From a virus (lineage: Duplodnaviria > Caudoviricetes), in the IMG/VR virus record IMGVR_UViG_3300032030_000041, positions 1-64,000 of that record: a DNA stretch of 64,000 nt; one strand, given 5' to 3'. Positions 40,301-54,544 of this stretch are shown here, one piece after another; position 1 is the stretch's first letter, and every line of letters begins with the position of its first letter. The notes beneath the pieces were generated by a model. It saw only the letters and a program-made list of their open reading frames with translations. It made no database searches and was not told the origin of the DNA. A program made the translations under genes and the position numbers.

Positions 40301-43300
40301 AATTTAACCGAGTTTGGGACTTAGTATGTTACGGCATTAACAAAAAGTATTAATTTAGGAGATTATCTTGATTTAACTAATAATGATTTAGGGATCGCAT
40401 AGAAATTATAGATAGAAGCCGAAAAATATAATGAACAAATTATTCCTAAATTAAATAAAGAGCTTAATAAATGGGGCGCAAAGTTTGAGGATGGTATTCT
40501 TAAAATTGGTGATAACGCTAACTTATTAGGCATTGCTTAGACGTTAGAATAGGCAGCACAATAGGCAGGCTTAGATATCGGCAGTGGACTCGAAGAAGTT
40601 AAAGATGCTGTTCTTAATATTTTAAAATCCTATGCTGAAGCTATTACAAAAGGAATTTCTGGTGGTTTAACTAATACAGAAATGAGTGATTTAAAAACCA
40701 AAGCCAGAGATTTTGGAATTACAGACCTTCAATTTGTAGAAACTGCAGAAGGATTTAAATTAGTAAAAACTTCAGCTATAGAATTATATTCTGCTTTAAA
40801 ATCAATTGATGCCTTACATGCTGAACAAGCTTTTGATGCATTAAATGAATCATTACAAAAATCAGACGAACACTTTAAAACTACTGGAGCTTTAATGGCA
40901 CATATTGCTAGTCTTCGTAAAGAGTTATATGCGGCAGATAATCAGGTTTCCAGTGCTAGAAAAGAGTAGTATGAAGCAGAATTAGCAGTTGCAGAAGAAA
41001 TTCTTGCTGTTCGTTCAACTACTGAAGATGATTCTTTTAAGTTTATGGATTAGGCTATTCCTTCTGGTTAGAACAATCCATTAAATTATTGGGAAGGCTG
41101 GCAAAAGGCTTTTAATGCTATAAATGAAAGCAAAAAAACAAAGCGTATGGATTATACCGATTTCTATAATTTGATGACAGAAATGGGTAATCTTTCTGCA
41201 ATGCTTGGTGGAAAAGGTATTTAGATAGGTAAAGATTTAGAAGTTAATTCACAGAATTATGCTGATTTAATTACTAATGCTGCACGTAATTTAACTACTA
41301 CCGCAGATAATACCAATTTACAAGTTAATTTACCTGCAATCGATGTTGATTTTAGTTCTGCTGAAAATATGGTAAGTGATGTTTAGAGCGGTATCCAAGC
41401 TGTTGCAGATGACCAAATTAATATGCTTGATGGATTAATTGCATTATTAGAAACTATTGTTGCCATGGAGAAATTAAATGATATTGTCGGCGGCGGTAGT
41501 GAGGATAATGCAATTGATTTAGGAGATATTTTCCCTGAAATTCGTTTTGACGCTTAGGGCAATGCTATTAATCCAGAGGCGTTAACATATGTGGAAGACT
41601 ATTCTGATTTTATTAAGTATATTCGTCAATAGGCCGTTCATAATGATGATTTAGCGAAAGCATTACAATCAATGAAATTAGATGGTATTTCTTTAGCAGA
41701 AATTTTTGAGATGGATGCCACTACGCTAGGTAAAAAGGGATAGAAATTTGTTACTGCGTATACTGCATTACTTGAAAGTCTACGACAAGCCTCTATATCT
41801 GGAGATTATGATGTAGATAATATTATGGCTAGCGTGAAAAACGTTTTGGCTGAATCAGGTTTAACTGATTTAACAATTGATACTGGTAAAGCTACATTGA
41901 TATTCTCTGGCGGCACTATTACACAAGTTAATTGGGAAGAACCCAATACTGCAGAAGTAGTAGAATAGGTAACGGCTCGTTTACAGGTAGATACAGAAAA
42001 AGCAAGATAGGCTGTTATAGATGCCGAGCAAGCGTATGCAAAAGGTAAGGGTACTGGCGAATTAACTCTTCAAGAAGTTTTAATTGTTGAAGGTAAAATT
42101 AAAATAGATCCAGAAACAAAAGAATAGTCTATATAGGTTGGTAATAGTACTTATAAATCAAGTGATAGTAAGTGGCAAGGCGCGCTTGAAGCACAAAGTC
42201 TCCTTAAAATGGGGATAGATAGTAAAAATATATAGATAGAAGATGACCGAGCACTATCTACTGAGTATCATATAGGTAATAAATTCAATATTACTGTAGA
42301 AGCTAAAGACGGTATTACAACTATTACAGGCACTGGAGCATATGGTGAAACAATTACTGGTAATAATCAAGATGAATGGTTAAAGAACTATATATCAAGT
42401 TTCCGTGAATATTCCTTAAAATATGGAGAAACAGAAGCAGCTAAATGGACTGATAGTTAGATCTTATGGCGCACTTTAAAGATTCGAGTCAATACAGAAA
42501 CTAAAGTTATAGATGAAAAAGGAAATGCCATAGATCTTTCTAATGATGCTGCTCGTCGTAAAGAGCTAACTGATATTCGAAATTAGTTACAAGCAGGGAT
42601 GTCCGCAAAAGATTTGGGATTTACCGACTCTGGTGACGGCAACTGGGTTAAGACCTTAGAAACTGGCGGAACATTAGTTGTTGATGGAAGTAAGATTAAA
42701 GTAGACGTAGAAGGGAATCCAGATACCGCATAGTTTACTTCAGAAATAGAGTCTAGTCTAGGGATTGATCAGGCATTAAAAGATACTATTTCTGCTGGAA
42801 TTACTGCGTCAATTCCTTCTCTAACTCAAGCCTTAAATACAATTGATGCTCAGCCAGTTCAAGACGTTGCAGCGGCAATTTCTGCAATTGCCACTGATGC
42901 GTAGACTGCTGTAACTAATATCTAGAACTTAGCTACTAATTTAGCTCAATTACAAACTCTTTCTCCAGAAAATAGTACTGGACAAGCAGCACAAGACTTA
43001 ATACCTTCTTCACTTGAAATCCCGCTTAAATTAAAATAGGACGATGTAACAGCAGTACAAACATAGCTTAAGTCCTTTGAAGGTGAAGCTAAAATTGATG
43101 CTGACACGAGTGATTTTGATGATAAAGCAGAAGAAGTTAAGGGCACCTTAGATACAATTGGACTCGGCGCTGAGGCAAAAATTACTGTAGTCGATCAGGC
43201 TTCTGTTATTTTATCTCACATAGTTTCACTATTAAGATCAATTAATAGCAAAAACATTACTGTAACTACTACTTATGAAACAATAGGAACGCCTCCTGCC

Positions 43301-45901
43301 GGAGGTTTTGAATCTGGGGCAAACAAGGTTATTACAAACTCAATTAAGAAACCAGGTAAGGTGACAGGCAACATTGGTCTTGCCAAATCCAAAGGAACTC
43401 TTATGGGCGAACTTGGCCCAGAACTTGTGGTCTCCAACGGACGTTATTTTGTCGCTGGACAAAATGGCGCGGAAATGGTTGATCTTGCAGATGATGCAAT
43501 TGTTTTCAACCACTTACAGACCGAATAGCTTCTAAAGAAGGGGATGTCCAATAGTCGCGGTAAGGCTGTTACCTCTGAAAAGAATGCGGTTGCATTCGCA
43601 ACTGGTAATACCGGTCCTGCAATGGCTAGTGCTTCCGCGGCATTAGCTGCTTTAAAACAACTACGCGCAATGTGGGAATCTCTTAAAGAGGCTTCAGTAT
43701 CCGACCTCGCCGGTGGCGGCGGTGGTGGAGGAGGAGGCGGCGGCGGAGAAGATTCCAAAGTCGTTGATCCTTCTATTTGGGTTGATACAGTTGAGCGCTG
43801 GTATAACCTAATGCAGAAGATTGCTAAGCTTGAGAAAGAAATTACACACGAAGAAACCTTACGTTCTAAACTACAATCTGACTGGAATGCGAATGGCAAC
43901 CATTATTATGCTAGCTAGAAACGTTCTCTTGAAGCTTTAAAGCAATAGATTGATGCATAGGAACAACTTAACCTAAGTCGCGAAGCCTATTACGATCAGC
44001 GTGTTGAAGCGCTAAAGAACTAGCCTTTCGGCAAGCTTATTGAGTTTGATAACGAAGGTTAGATGCGCTTTAAATCTGGCGCGATGGAATGGCTAACTGA
44101 TTTAGCTGGTTTTGATTCCTATGGAAAAGCCAACTATACTGACGAAGAGAAATATAATATACTCGTAGCCGCAGGTTATGAGGATTATATGAAGTATAGT
44201 GAAGGCGGCGAAATTAAGATGGATAGCGACAGTAACGGTGAAGTTACTGATGAAGAAATGCAATCTTTCTATGGTGAAGCTACAAAAGCTTTCTGGGACA
44301 AGATTGACGAGTATAAGGAAGCCACCCAGAGTCTTTGGGATTCTATTAAAGAAGGCGAAGACAGTATTCTACAACTTCAAGCCGATCAAAATGATTTACT
44401 TGAAGAAATTCGAGACAACCAGATGGAAGTTGAAGATGCTGTACTTAAAGCAATTGAAGATATGCGTCAGCGTGAAATTGATGCGTTACAGGATGAGCGC
44501 GATAAGTTAGAGGAATCTACTTAGAAATATATTGATGGACTAACAGATGCACTTAACAATGAGCGCTAGATGTATGAAAATCAATAGCAAGAAAATTCTC
44601 TCAATTAGCAAAGACGTCGTTTAGCTATTCTACAACGTTCTGGTGGTAGTGCGCAAGATATCGCAAATCTTCGTTCTGAAATTAACCAGTCTGAAAGAGA
44701 AAGATATTTTAATTTACAGCAACAACAAATCGACGCTATTCAGTAGGCTTCTTAGCTAGAAATCGAACGTATGGATAGTCAGATTGAGTTAATGACTGAA
44801 GCGCTAGATTACTAGAAAGAATATGGCCTACTTTGGGGTAACGTATATGAAGTTATGGAAGGAACAGCGCAGCAGATTACTTCTTTCATTACGAACGGTA
44901 ATTCTGAGTTCTGGGCATTATCACCATTAGGAACTGCTGATAACGCAAATCAAACTTTATTTAAGGCGGAATAGTGGACTTCTTATAGAGCGGATTTAAA
45001 TAATGCAAAAGCTGGTATTGGCGCGAATGGAGTAACTGCAAAAGATATTAGAGATAATGTCGCATTGATGGTTGCAATGACACGCCAGCAAATGAAGAGC
45101 AACGACTATGCTACCTTCGATGAAGCTATGAAAGCAGAATTTGGCGCTGGATATGACCCAAGCGGTGCATATCGTGACTTATTTAATTCTGAATACGATA
45201 AGCACGGAGATCTTACAAAAGCTACTGCAACTGCGAGAGCAAAATATGCAGCTGATAAAGCTGCGGCTGAAGCCGCGAGAAAAGCAGCAGAAGCTGCGGC
45301 GACGCAGGCTAGTTCTGGTGGCGGCAGTGGAGACTCCGGCGGTGGAGGTGGTGGAGGAAGCTCTACCTGTAATACCGCTTGTAGTAATTCGTGCGGTACA
45401 GAGTGTACTAAACGTTGCGCAGCAAATTGCGGTGGAGGATGCCAAATTCTTGCTGGTGGTTTTACAGTAGGCTTTAAAACTATAGTAGGTGATGCCACAA
45501 AAACCGCCGCTAAAGCTCCTACTCCATTAGCTCAGCCTAAAAAGAAATCTGTTGGCGGTTATGCTAACCACGGTATTTATGAGCTCGGTGAACTTGGTAC
45601 AGAAACAGTCCTAACTGCTTCTCAAACCAAGATTCTCCGTGACAACATTCTCTCTAACCGTCCAAATTCTCTCATCTCTCTACTTAAATCTTATAACGAA
45701 GGTTATGATGGAATTAATAATTCCGTTAGTGGCGTAACTCCTGTTGAGGATAATTCCACCATTATCGAGAAAGTTGAACTCAAAATGGAAGTTAAACAAA
45801 TTGCTAATGATTATGATGCTCGTCGCGCAGGCGAACAAGCACTTAACGAAATGATGCGTATTGCCCGTAAGACTGGCGCTGCGAACAGTATAAGGAGGTA
45901 A
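31337..45901 (+). CDS. giant tape measure protein, ~4,854 aa (many TAG recoded)
   Basis: All 12 substantial plus-strand ORF fragments from 31598 to 45065 share the frame of ATG 31337; TP901-type TMP core at ~32.5-33.5 kb; HSPS motif; GELGPE motif; not every codon was checked for TAA/TGA. Confidence 0.85.
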
Positions 45902-45908
45902 AAGGAGT

Positions 45909-47801
45909 ATGGCAGATATTGCAACATTAATGGGTAATGAAGTGGAGTCTTAGACTCCATTTCGTACCCAAGTTTATAAGGCGACGCATGATGGGCAGCT
46001 TCGGCTGCCTTTCATGCAGCGCTCTTTTATTAGTTTTTCCTATGGTGGAAAAAACATTGAAGATTTTAATTTAATTGCATACACCAGCGGCGATAGGATG
46101 GAAAAAGCTGGATACGCAGATTTTGAAGACCTAACAACTACATATGACACAATTCAAGGACAATTCTATTGGGGAACATATTTTCATGCCAATACATTAA
46201 GTTTTACTTTGGCAACAGATGGTATAACTGAAAACGAATTAGATGAATTTAAACACTGGTTTAGGGCCGGTTCAATTAGGGAATTGATACTAGCCGAGCA
46301 TCCCAATAGGGCAATCCTCGCGCGAGTATCAACACCGCCGCAATTACATCTTCTTGGATTTAAGCAAGAAGTAGAAGTGCCATTTCAAATCGGCAGTGAT
46401 GAAAATATTCATGCTGTTTCCTACAAAACTTTTACTACTGTATATCGCGGCGAAATTGATTTAGAGCTTGTAATGGACGAGCCTTTCTGGTATTCTGTGC
46501 AGAATATCTTAGGGCATTAGAATACACTAGAAGGCTATTATGAAGAAAGCTGGATTGATGCTAATGGTCAATTGACTACTATTAAAGATTCTAAAGATGC
46601 ACTTAAGATTATCTATGAAGATAGAATACCCTTAGGTAGTACTACTAAAATAGATGTATTCTTAGGTGGCGATATTTACGCATCTGTTAAATATGAAATA
46701 TGGGCACGTATCGTGGGTGAAACTAGTAAAGACCTATATGATAGTGTAATGGAAGACGAAGCATCTTCAGATCAAATGAAATTTGCTTATTATACCGCAA
46801 CAGAGGATCGTGAAACTTATGACCCTGAAACCGGCGAATCTTTAGGCCCAGCGCCGACTACTGTATATTATCGGGGCGGGCGCATTTACAATGATGAAAC
46901 AAATCTTGGCGCGAAAATCGGTGGTGCAGAGTTAACAGGTTCTAGTGCGCCAGTACAAGGTATTGAATTGCCTTATGGCTCTAATGCAAATCTCTATTAT
47001 GCTGGTACTGCGCCTTCTCCTGTAAAGTTGCGCTTTACTCTTAAACCGCAAATTAGGTAGCAAGACCCAACCGGCACTGGACAAGCTTTTTATATTATTA
47101 CGCCACGTAATTCACATTCAGATGGTACGCCCGCATATAATACTATTACTTTGCGCGCGAGTGCCTTACATGAATTTAAGTTCACGCTACCGACTTTTTG
47201 GTTAAGTTACAATTAGGTTATTGAAATATTTGATAGCGATGAAATTATGGCGCCCGGTAATGCTTGGCTAACTGTACGCGAAACTATACGTGATACAATA
47301 CGTCATCCAGTAGTTCGTGCTTGGGCCAATATGCTTCTAGATAAATATGATACCTTAAATGGAAATGGTATCATTGGTGATGCGAATCGGTATCGCGGCG
47401 ATTTAGAAGAAGGTATGTCAATGCTTATATGTGATAAAACGGGTGAACCATTCTCTGCTGAATTTAGTTTTGATGCGAAAACCGGCCTTGCGATTGGAAA
47501 GTATACCTATCGTGATTTATAGCAGGCACGCGCGCAATTACCCAATATTGGCTCAACAAGTTCATGGCGTGAGTGTTTAAATTTAGTTGATGAAACAAAT
47601 TATACTACTTCACAGGAAGAAAATGTTGGAGATATGGTGCGGAGTTAGTACCTAATATTAGATGAAAGAAATGTTTTAGATGGCAATTATTAGGTACAAG
47701 CTTGGGAAGAAGCGCATCCAGATTATGCTTACTTAATTACTCACGATGTATCTAATGGCCTCTAGGACTTACATTTTGAATTTAAAAACTTGTATCTCTA
47801 A
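45909..47801 (+). CDS. distal tail protein (Dit)-like, 630 aa (TAG recoded)
   Basis: Follows TMP; three fragments in one frame; ELILAEHPNR and DEPFWYS motifs. Confidence 0.7.
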
Positions 47802-47823
47802 GGAGCAAAAGGAGGAATAAATC

Positions 47824-50800
47824 ATGGCTGATGGATTACTGCATTATTATAATACGAGAGTACGCAGCTATGAGGTTTCTATTTGGACACTTTAGGACAG
47901 ATTCTTATCTGTCCTAAAGTGGTCTACTATGGATTGTAAAGGGTAGATTTAGGATGGATCTGTGGTTATGCGTGACGACGGAACGCAAGAGCTTACATTT
48001 TCTATTCCTAAATATTATCAGAACGGAGCATCTCGTATTGATAATCCTATGTGGCTACACCTTGAAAATTAGCCGCTAGAAGCCAATATGCATAAGCTGA
48101 AGATTATATTTAACAAGAACACAGAAGATGAGAAAGTACTTGAATTTTTAGTTACAGAAGTTACTCATGATCATTAGAGTGATAATATTGATATTAGCGT
48201 AAAAGCCGAAGGATTGGCTTTTCATGAGCTAGGAAAACTAGGATATAAAATTGCGTTATCTGAATAGAATTATTTAGATGCATTAGATGAATGGGAAGAA
48301 GAAGGTTTCTTGACTGAGTAGCCACTCAATAATATTTAGTTTTGGAATGATTTAGTATTCAAGAAGTCTAATGGAGATTGGAAATATAATTGGACATACG
48401 AGATTCGTATGGATTGGTCTTCATTCAAGAATCCGGACGTGTTTTAGGAAGCTTCATATAGAAAGAGTAATATTCTATATGAAGATGACTATGTATCTTC
48501 TTGGGAAGTTGGCGCCGATGGCAAGCTAGTTTCGCGTACTATATAGAATATGCGCGAAAAGTGCCGCATTATGGATGTATCAGAGAGCAATATTTATAAT
48601 ATAACGCAAGATATCGCTAAGCAATTTGGCGTTTTTTGCCGCTACGAATACACTCATGATAATAATTATTAGATTATCGGACGAAAAGTAGTTTATTATA
48701 ATAACTATCTCTAGGATGTATAGGGACATATTGATTTAACTTATCCCTACAATTCTACAGCAATTACACGTACTGTAGATAATAGTAATGTTACTACTAA
48801 GATGTTTGTAACTGGTGTAGATTATGATTCTGATACTGTTACAATTATGGATGTAGATGCTAATAAGAGCAAAGAAGACTACCTACTTAATTTTGATTAT
48901 CTACGACAGAATTAGGGCATTACGGATGAATAGTATGATGAGATAGGATATTATGAAGCCGATATGCACACCCTTAATACAAACTTAATTCAAATCCAAG
49001 AACGCATTCGCATTGTACAGAATCAATTGACAGAAGCAGAAGCACAATTAACTATACATGAAAATGCAATTGATTTAGATCGTGAGCGTATGGAAGAAGC
49101 AGGTAAACTGCGCGCAGAACTTACTGGTGGCACTAATGTCATTCCTATTAACGGAACAGCGTGTACTTTATTATATAAAGCTGAGCGTGGATTTTATATT
49201 AATATTCGTTGGAATGGTTTATTACGCAATACTGTTAAGATATATCGTACTACAAATTATACAGGTTCTGACCGTTCATTTGATGGGCTCATTACCTAGT
49301 ATTCTTTTGTCGCAGATGAATTTTAGAATGTAATTCGTATTGAGCATATTGCGGGCGCAGGCTTAGAAGAAGGAAATACATTATGGCTAGTAGGACAGTA
49401 TAATCCGACTTTAGCATATGATAATATAGAGAAGATTTGGAAAACTCGTTTAGCTTATGATTTGGCACAAAAAGAGCTACTTGAGGAACGTATTCGGATA
49501 CTAAACTTCTATCTATATGGCTGCCGTTTAGGTTTTGCGCGTGTAGATATCTCTTCTTTGCCAGAAGAAGAGGTTGGCGCACTGGGTATTGTTTGGGATG
49601 AAGATACCGATCCGTCTGAAGTAGAAACAGTGACACGTAGTGTACGTGTAGATGAATCTCGTATCTTAAACTCTGAAGAAGAGTTTATAGATTGGGATTA
49701 TGATTACTTTGGCTTATTGGATGAAAAGAAAGGTACTCCCGAGTTATTATACAATGAAGCTCGTCATTTAGAGAATAAAGCACAGTTAATTAGTGATTTT
49801 GAGAAGATGATGGGTCCGGCACTGCGTGAAGGCTATTGGAATCCTGAGAACTATCATGACTATGGAGACCTATTTAAAAAGAGTTTTAGCTTAGTAACAG
49901 CCTTAAAGCCTACTGTATAGACCTTGCGTCCAGATTCCGAAGATCATTTTACATGTATTTGGGACTATGAAAAATATTATGACAGCGAGACTCCTTTGCT
50001 ATATGATACAGAGATTGCAGATAAAGTAGAATAGCATTTAGTTATAAGCTTGAAGGATTTAACAGCAGAAGGGCAAGATAAATTAATTAGTCATTTAGGA
50101 GAGATTTGTTTTGTTTACTGCAGTCCGGCAAATGTTTCTACTATTCGTGAATTAAAAGAAAAAGGCTACGAAGATACTAGTGAAGAAATTATTGCGTTAG
50201 AAAATAGTAAATATTATAGTTATCAAGTTAATTCTGGATGTGAATTAGGATGGATAGTTACAACTAATATAAATAGCGCTGGTAGAGCTTCTTTAGAATT
50301 AGCGCTCATCGTTACTGGCGCGAAAGAATTGGATGATGACACATATAATTTCTTAGTAACAAATAAGTATAAAGTATCTTATGTTGACCCAGATACTGAG
50401 CGAATAGTTACTAATCTAGTAACTGCAGACGCAGAAGCTCGTAGTTTTATTGGTTATCCAATATATAATCAGGATGGCAGTGTTACCTGGGAAAACATTC
50501 TCACTGTTGGTGGACAAGCAAGTAGATTTTTAGGCACACGAGAAGTTTCTAATGGTGATTATGATAATAATGGTAGCACACGGCCGCCGACTCCATAGGA
50601 ATATCAATATAAACGTGTATATCCGCGTTTATATTTTGATACACTAAAATTAAAAGAAAAAGCTCTAGAGATTTTCTAGAACTCGTATTAGCTTGAAGAA
50701 AATAAAGAATTTTACGTACTTGAAGATGATAGATCTGAGGGATTGAATATAAAAGGAATTGGCTATTACGTTACTTTAAAACCTGAGACAATTCTTATTA

Positions 50801-53355
50801 CCACTAAATCTAAGGTGGATTATACTGTATTATACAGTCTTTCTAACTTAGATGTTTCCATTTATTTGGATGCTATTAAAGTTATGAAAGAAAATGCTTT
50901 CCCGAAGGTTTCGTATGAAGTAGAATTAAGCTTATTAAATCCGGAGTTCGTACATACTGCTTATAATAGGCTTAATTAGGTTGTACATATCAATGATAAT
51001 GATTTAAAGTTAGAAAATATTAGTGGATACATCTCTACTATTACGATGGACTTAGACCATCCATGGCAAGATACCATCGAGATTAAGAACTATGAAACGA
51101 AATTTGAAGACCTATTTACTACAATTGTCGCGCAAACAGAAGCAATGAAAAGTAATTAGGTGGGATTAGAAACAGCGGTATAGGCATTTACTGCTAATGG
51201 ACTAATTGACCCAGAAGTAGTATATGATAGTATACGTAGTTCTAATTTGAATCTTGCTTTCAACGCAGGCACATTAACTATAGATTAGGCTGATGGTATC
51301 TGGGGTACTAGCGATAGCGGCGTTGTTGCATTTCGTGGCGGCGGTATTTTTACTGCTACGGAGCGAGATACTAGCGGCAATTGGATTTGGAATACTGGTA
51401 TTCTACCATCTGGAATCAATGCTAATTTAATTACATCAGGTTAGCTAGATACAAATAAGATTAGAATATTTGCTGGTGACCAGCTTAAATTCCAATGGAA
51501 TGGAGAAGGTTTATATGCCTATAAATCATTTTCAAATGAATATCTAAAGTATCTATAGAGTTAGGATGTATCATTCGTTCCTCATTCCCAGTTATTAGAT
51601 AAGAAACAATATGTTGTATATAACTCAGAAGGTTTATTCCTTACAAGTGAAGCTGGTTCTTATATTATGAAGGAGAATGTTGGCGGAGAAGGTTATATCT
51701 ATGAACGCTTAGACGATACTGTACATCGTGTCGAAATAAGCTGGAATGGACTTATTTTGCGGAATTGGGAAGCAAAAAAAGTATTCTATGCTGACCCAGA
51801 TACAGGTAATTTAACATTAAGCGGTCGTATTGAAACACGTAGCGGGCATATTGGCGGTTGGGAAATTAATGAACACATGCTTGCTGGCGCAGGTATTCAG
51901 CTAATTAGTGGATCTGAGACTAATACTGTTAATAATGCTGGTATATATTTAAATGATAATTAGGATTTGTGTGATACTGTCACTATTAATGGTTCTACGT
52001 ATTATACTTATTATTATACCGATCCAGCAGATTCGCGCAGAAAAACATGCTATTTGAATTATTATACGCCTGGCGTCGCCTCTATTACTTTAAATGGTGG
52101 TTAGTAGGTTTATACATAGCAATCGGTAATAAAGACTGTATCACCAAAGTTTGTATTTGCCGTTTCTACATATGATACTGATATTGATGCAACTAGTACG
52201 AATACATATACAGAAGCAACGGCAACAGTAACTAATAGTGATACAACATTATATTTTGCTAAAACTTCAGGCAGTAAAACGCCTGTTAAGGATTCGCGTG
52301 GAGTAGTTATCGAATATGATTTAACCAATAGCGCGAATGCGGGTTGGTATCAAGCTGCAAAACAGGCCGATCCTTCTAATTATACAAATTATATTAATGA
52401 AGTATATGGAATGGATTATGTTTTAACTACGCTTTCTTCTTCCGCATTAACTTTAACTCCTTCAGTTGTAACAACTACAACATTTAGTGTTAGAGCTTCT
52501 TCAGGAGAAGCAAAGATATTAGCGGGTACTATAGGAAACTTCACTATTAATCGTACTTCTTTAACTGGTGGTACAATTGCTAATAGCGTATTCAACATTG
52601 ATAACTATTATATGGCCGGTTCGAAGAAACATGCTTTTGGTGATTGTTTCTGCGATATAGATGCTAATAGCTCACAAGGTATATTTACATTGACCCGTGT
52701 GGATGGTAGAACTGCAAATTTTAATATTGCCGCGATGGAAGCCTATTAGAATGCCGTCGCGGCTGCGGGTTCTATTACTTTAACACTAGTAGATAATTAG
52801 GATATGACTGTAACTGCGACTGCAGTGAGCGGTAATGGCACAGTTGTAACAAGGACTCTTACTGTAGATACATGTGGAGATACGTGTACTGGTACATGTA
52901 AAGGCAATTGTTCAACAAGTTGCACCGGGGATTGTGGTAGCGGATGTTCTGGCGGCTGCGGTGGTGGATGTTCTGGTGGCTGTGAGGATAACTGTGATAC
53001 TGGATGTAAAGGCGGCTGTGGCCGCAGATGTGAAAGTAATTGCTCTGGAAAATGTGGTAAGAATTGTACTGGTGGATGTATTGGGTATTGTAAGGGCGAA
53101 TGTCTAGACTCCTGTCTAGGTGGTTGTAAAGGAACCTGTGTTAGTGGCTGTAGTAATTCATGTACTGGTACCTGTAGTACCACTTGTGATCTACATTGTA
53201 GTTCAGGTTGTGGTAATAATTGTATGGGTTCTTGTAAAGATGGATGTGGTAGCAGCTGTACTGGCGACTGTAAAGGTAGTTGTAAACAAGGATGTAAAAC
53301 TGGGTGCTTGAGTACATGTACAGGAAAAAGTACAAAAGTACTTATTGACGGTTAA
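47824..53355 (+). CDS. tail tip / baseplate hub-central fibre protein, 1,843 aa, C-terminal CXXX repeat domain (TAG recoded)
   Basis: Seven fragments in one frame; GINANLITSG[Q]LDT and GHIGGWEI fibre motifs; 38 CXXX repeats. Confidence 0.8.
52873..53328 (+). repeat. 38 perfect tandem Cys-X-X-X (12-bp) repeats
   Basis: Counted from the translation CGDT...CTGK. Confidence 0.95.
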
Positions 53356-53360
53356 TTAAC

Positions 53361-53406
53361 AAAAAAATAGCCCGGACGTTTAATAACGTCCGGGCCTTTA
53401 TTTTTT
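53361..53406. terminator. bidirectional terminator at the convergence of virion and replication operons
   Basis: A-tract GCCCGGACGTT/AACGTCCGGGC T-tract. Confidence 0.85.
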
Positions 53407-53798
53407 TACTCATCTTCAAGATTTAAGAATGGCTCAAGGAATGTAATATCAGTAGGTGTAAAATCTAGTTGTTCAATATCAGAAAACTTAATAGGATCGG
53501 CTTCCACGGTTGTTTCTTCTGCGACTAGCTTATTCATTTCTTCTACAAATAGCTTCATATGAGCTTCATCAAACTGATATTCGTTTTTTTCATTCAATTC
53601 AAATGAGCCATCTTCTTTCTTCTTAGCATATTTTTCTAGTAAGCTATTTCTTACTTCATTATATGATGTAAGAACTTCTTCTAGCCTCTTTAGAAGACGA
53701 CCAATACGAAATGCTACGCGTCCAGGCAACGCTTGATTACTTAACTTCTGTAATACTTCTTGCCCTTCCAATATATCGCGTAAAGTTACTCTAATCAT
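53406..53798 (-). CDS. hypothetical protein (DUF1617-like), 130 aa
   Basis: GGGGAG SD; ATGA overlap; resemblance from memory only. Confidence 0.7.
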   Translation of the reverse strand: MIRVTLRDILEGQEVLQKLSNQALPGRVAFRIGRLLKRLEEVLTSYNEVRNSLLEKYAKKKEDGSFELNEKNEYQFDEAHMKLFVEEMNKLVAEETTVEADPIKFSDIEQLDFTPTDITFLEPFLNLEDE

Positions 53799-54544
53799 AT
53801 ATCTTCTCCCCAAGTACTGTGTACTTTAATTTTATTACAAAAATATTTTCCAATGCAAATAGCATCGGCTTCATCTTCGGTGCAGTCCATTTTGTACCAA
53901 ATCTTTACTTTGGCTTGTGCCTATTTTTTCTTAGACTCTCGATGGGCGTCACCATCATTCACGCCGCAGTAAGAACGCCATTCGCTGGGATATACTAAAT
54001 CATGGTCTATACAGGCTTCAAATAGAACATCTAAAATTACGCCCTGCAAGTTTGCTAATGTTTGGAATGTTTTAACTTGCGCCTAAGTTTCTCTTTGTCC
54101 ATACTTCTATAGCTAAATATTTTCAACCCCAACAAAGTCTGGCTCCCATTCCTTTAATGCGGCTTTAAGCCAATTTTTCACTTGATTTATGCGCTCAGTA
54201 GCTGGTAATGTAGCACTAGTTTTGAAAGTACCATATCCAACTAACGTTCTATTATCATAAATAGCATATCCTGTAGTTCCAGTAGCTGCATCAAGAGCAA
54301 GAATACGCGTTGTATTTTCACTCTTTTGCGGCACTTTATTTTTTTTAACTTTATATGGATCACCGGCCATACAGATATCACACATTTTATGTTTGCGCCA
54401 ATATTCAAATGTTTGCGACTGTGCATGACCCTATGGACACTACATTTCCAAAGGTGTTTTTAAATTTTTATACTCTTCACTAATTAATTTCCATCCTTCA
54501 GATTCTAATGCGTTCTATACCGTATATATATTAATTTTAGCCAT
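53795..54544 (-). CDS. RuvC-like Holliday junction resolvase with N-terminal Zn-binding segment, 249 aa (7 TAG)
   Basis: ILALDAATGTTGYA, VENI[Q]L[Q], PSEWR and EDEADAICIG motifs; coupled to both neighbours. Confidence 0.85.

Noticed and set aside
52873-53328. Diversity-generating retroelement variable region
   Set aside because: No template repeat copy or reverse transcriptase seen in the window
52797-53335. Alternative-frame and antisense ORFs over the Cys repeat (Val-rich, Pro/Gln-rich)
   Set aside because: By-products of the 12-bp periodic sequence
16964-53355. Mass pseudogenisation or sequencing errors in the structural module
   Set aside because: Interruptions are TAG only, with no frameshifts seen, and rejoined genes have proper SD, sizes and coupled ends; recoding explains this better
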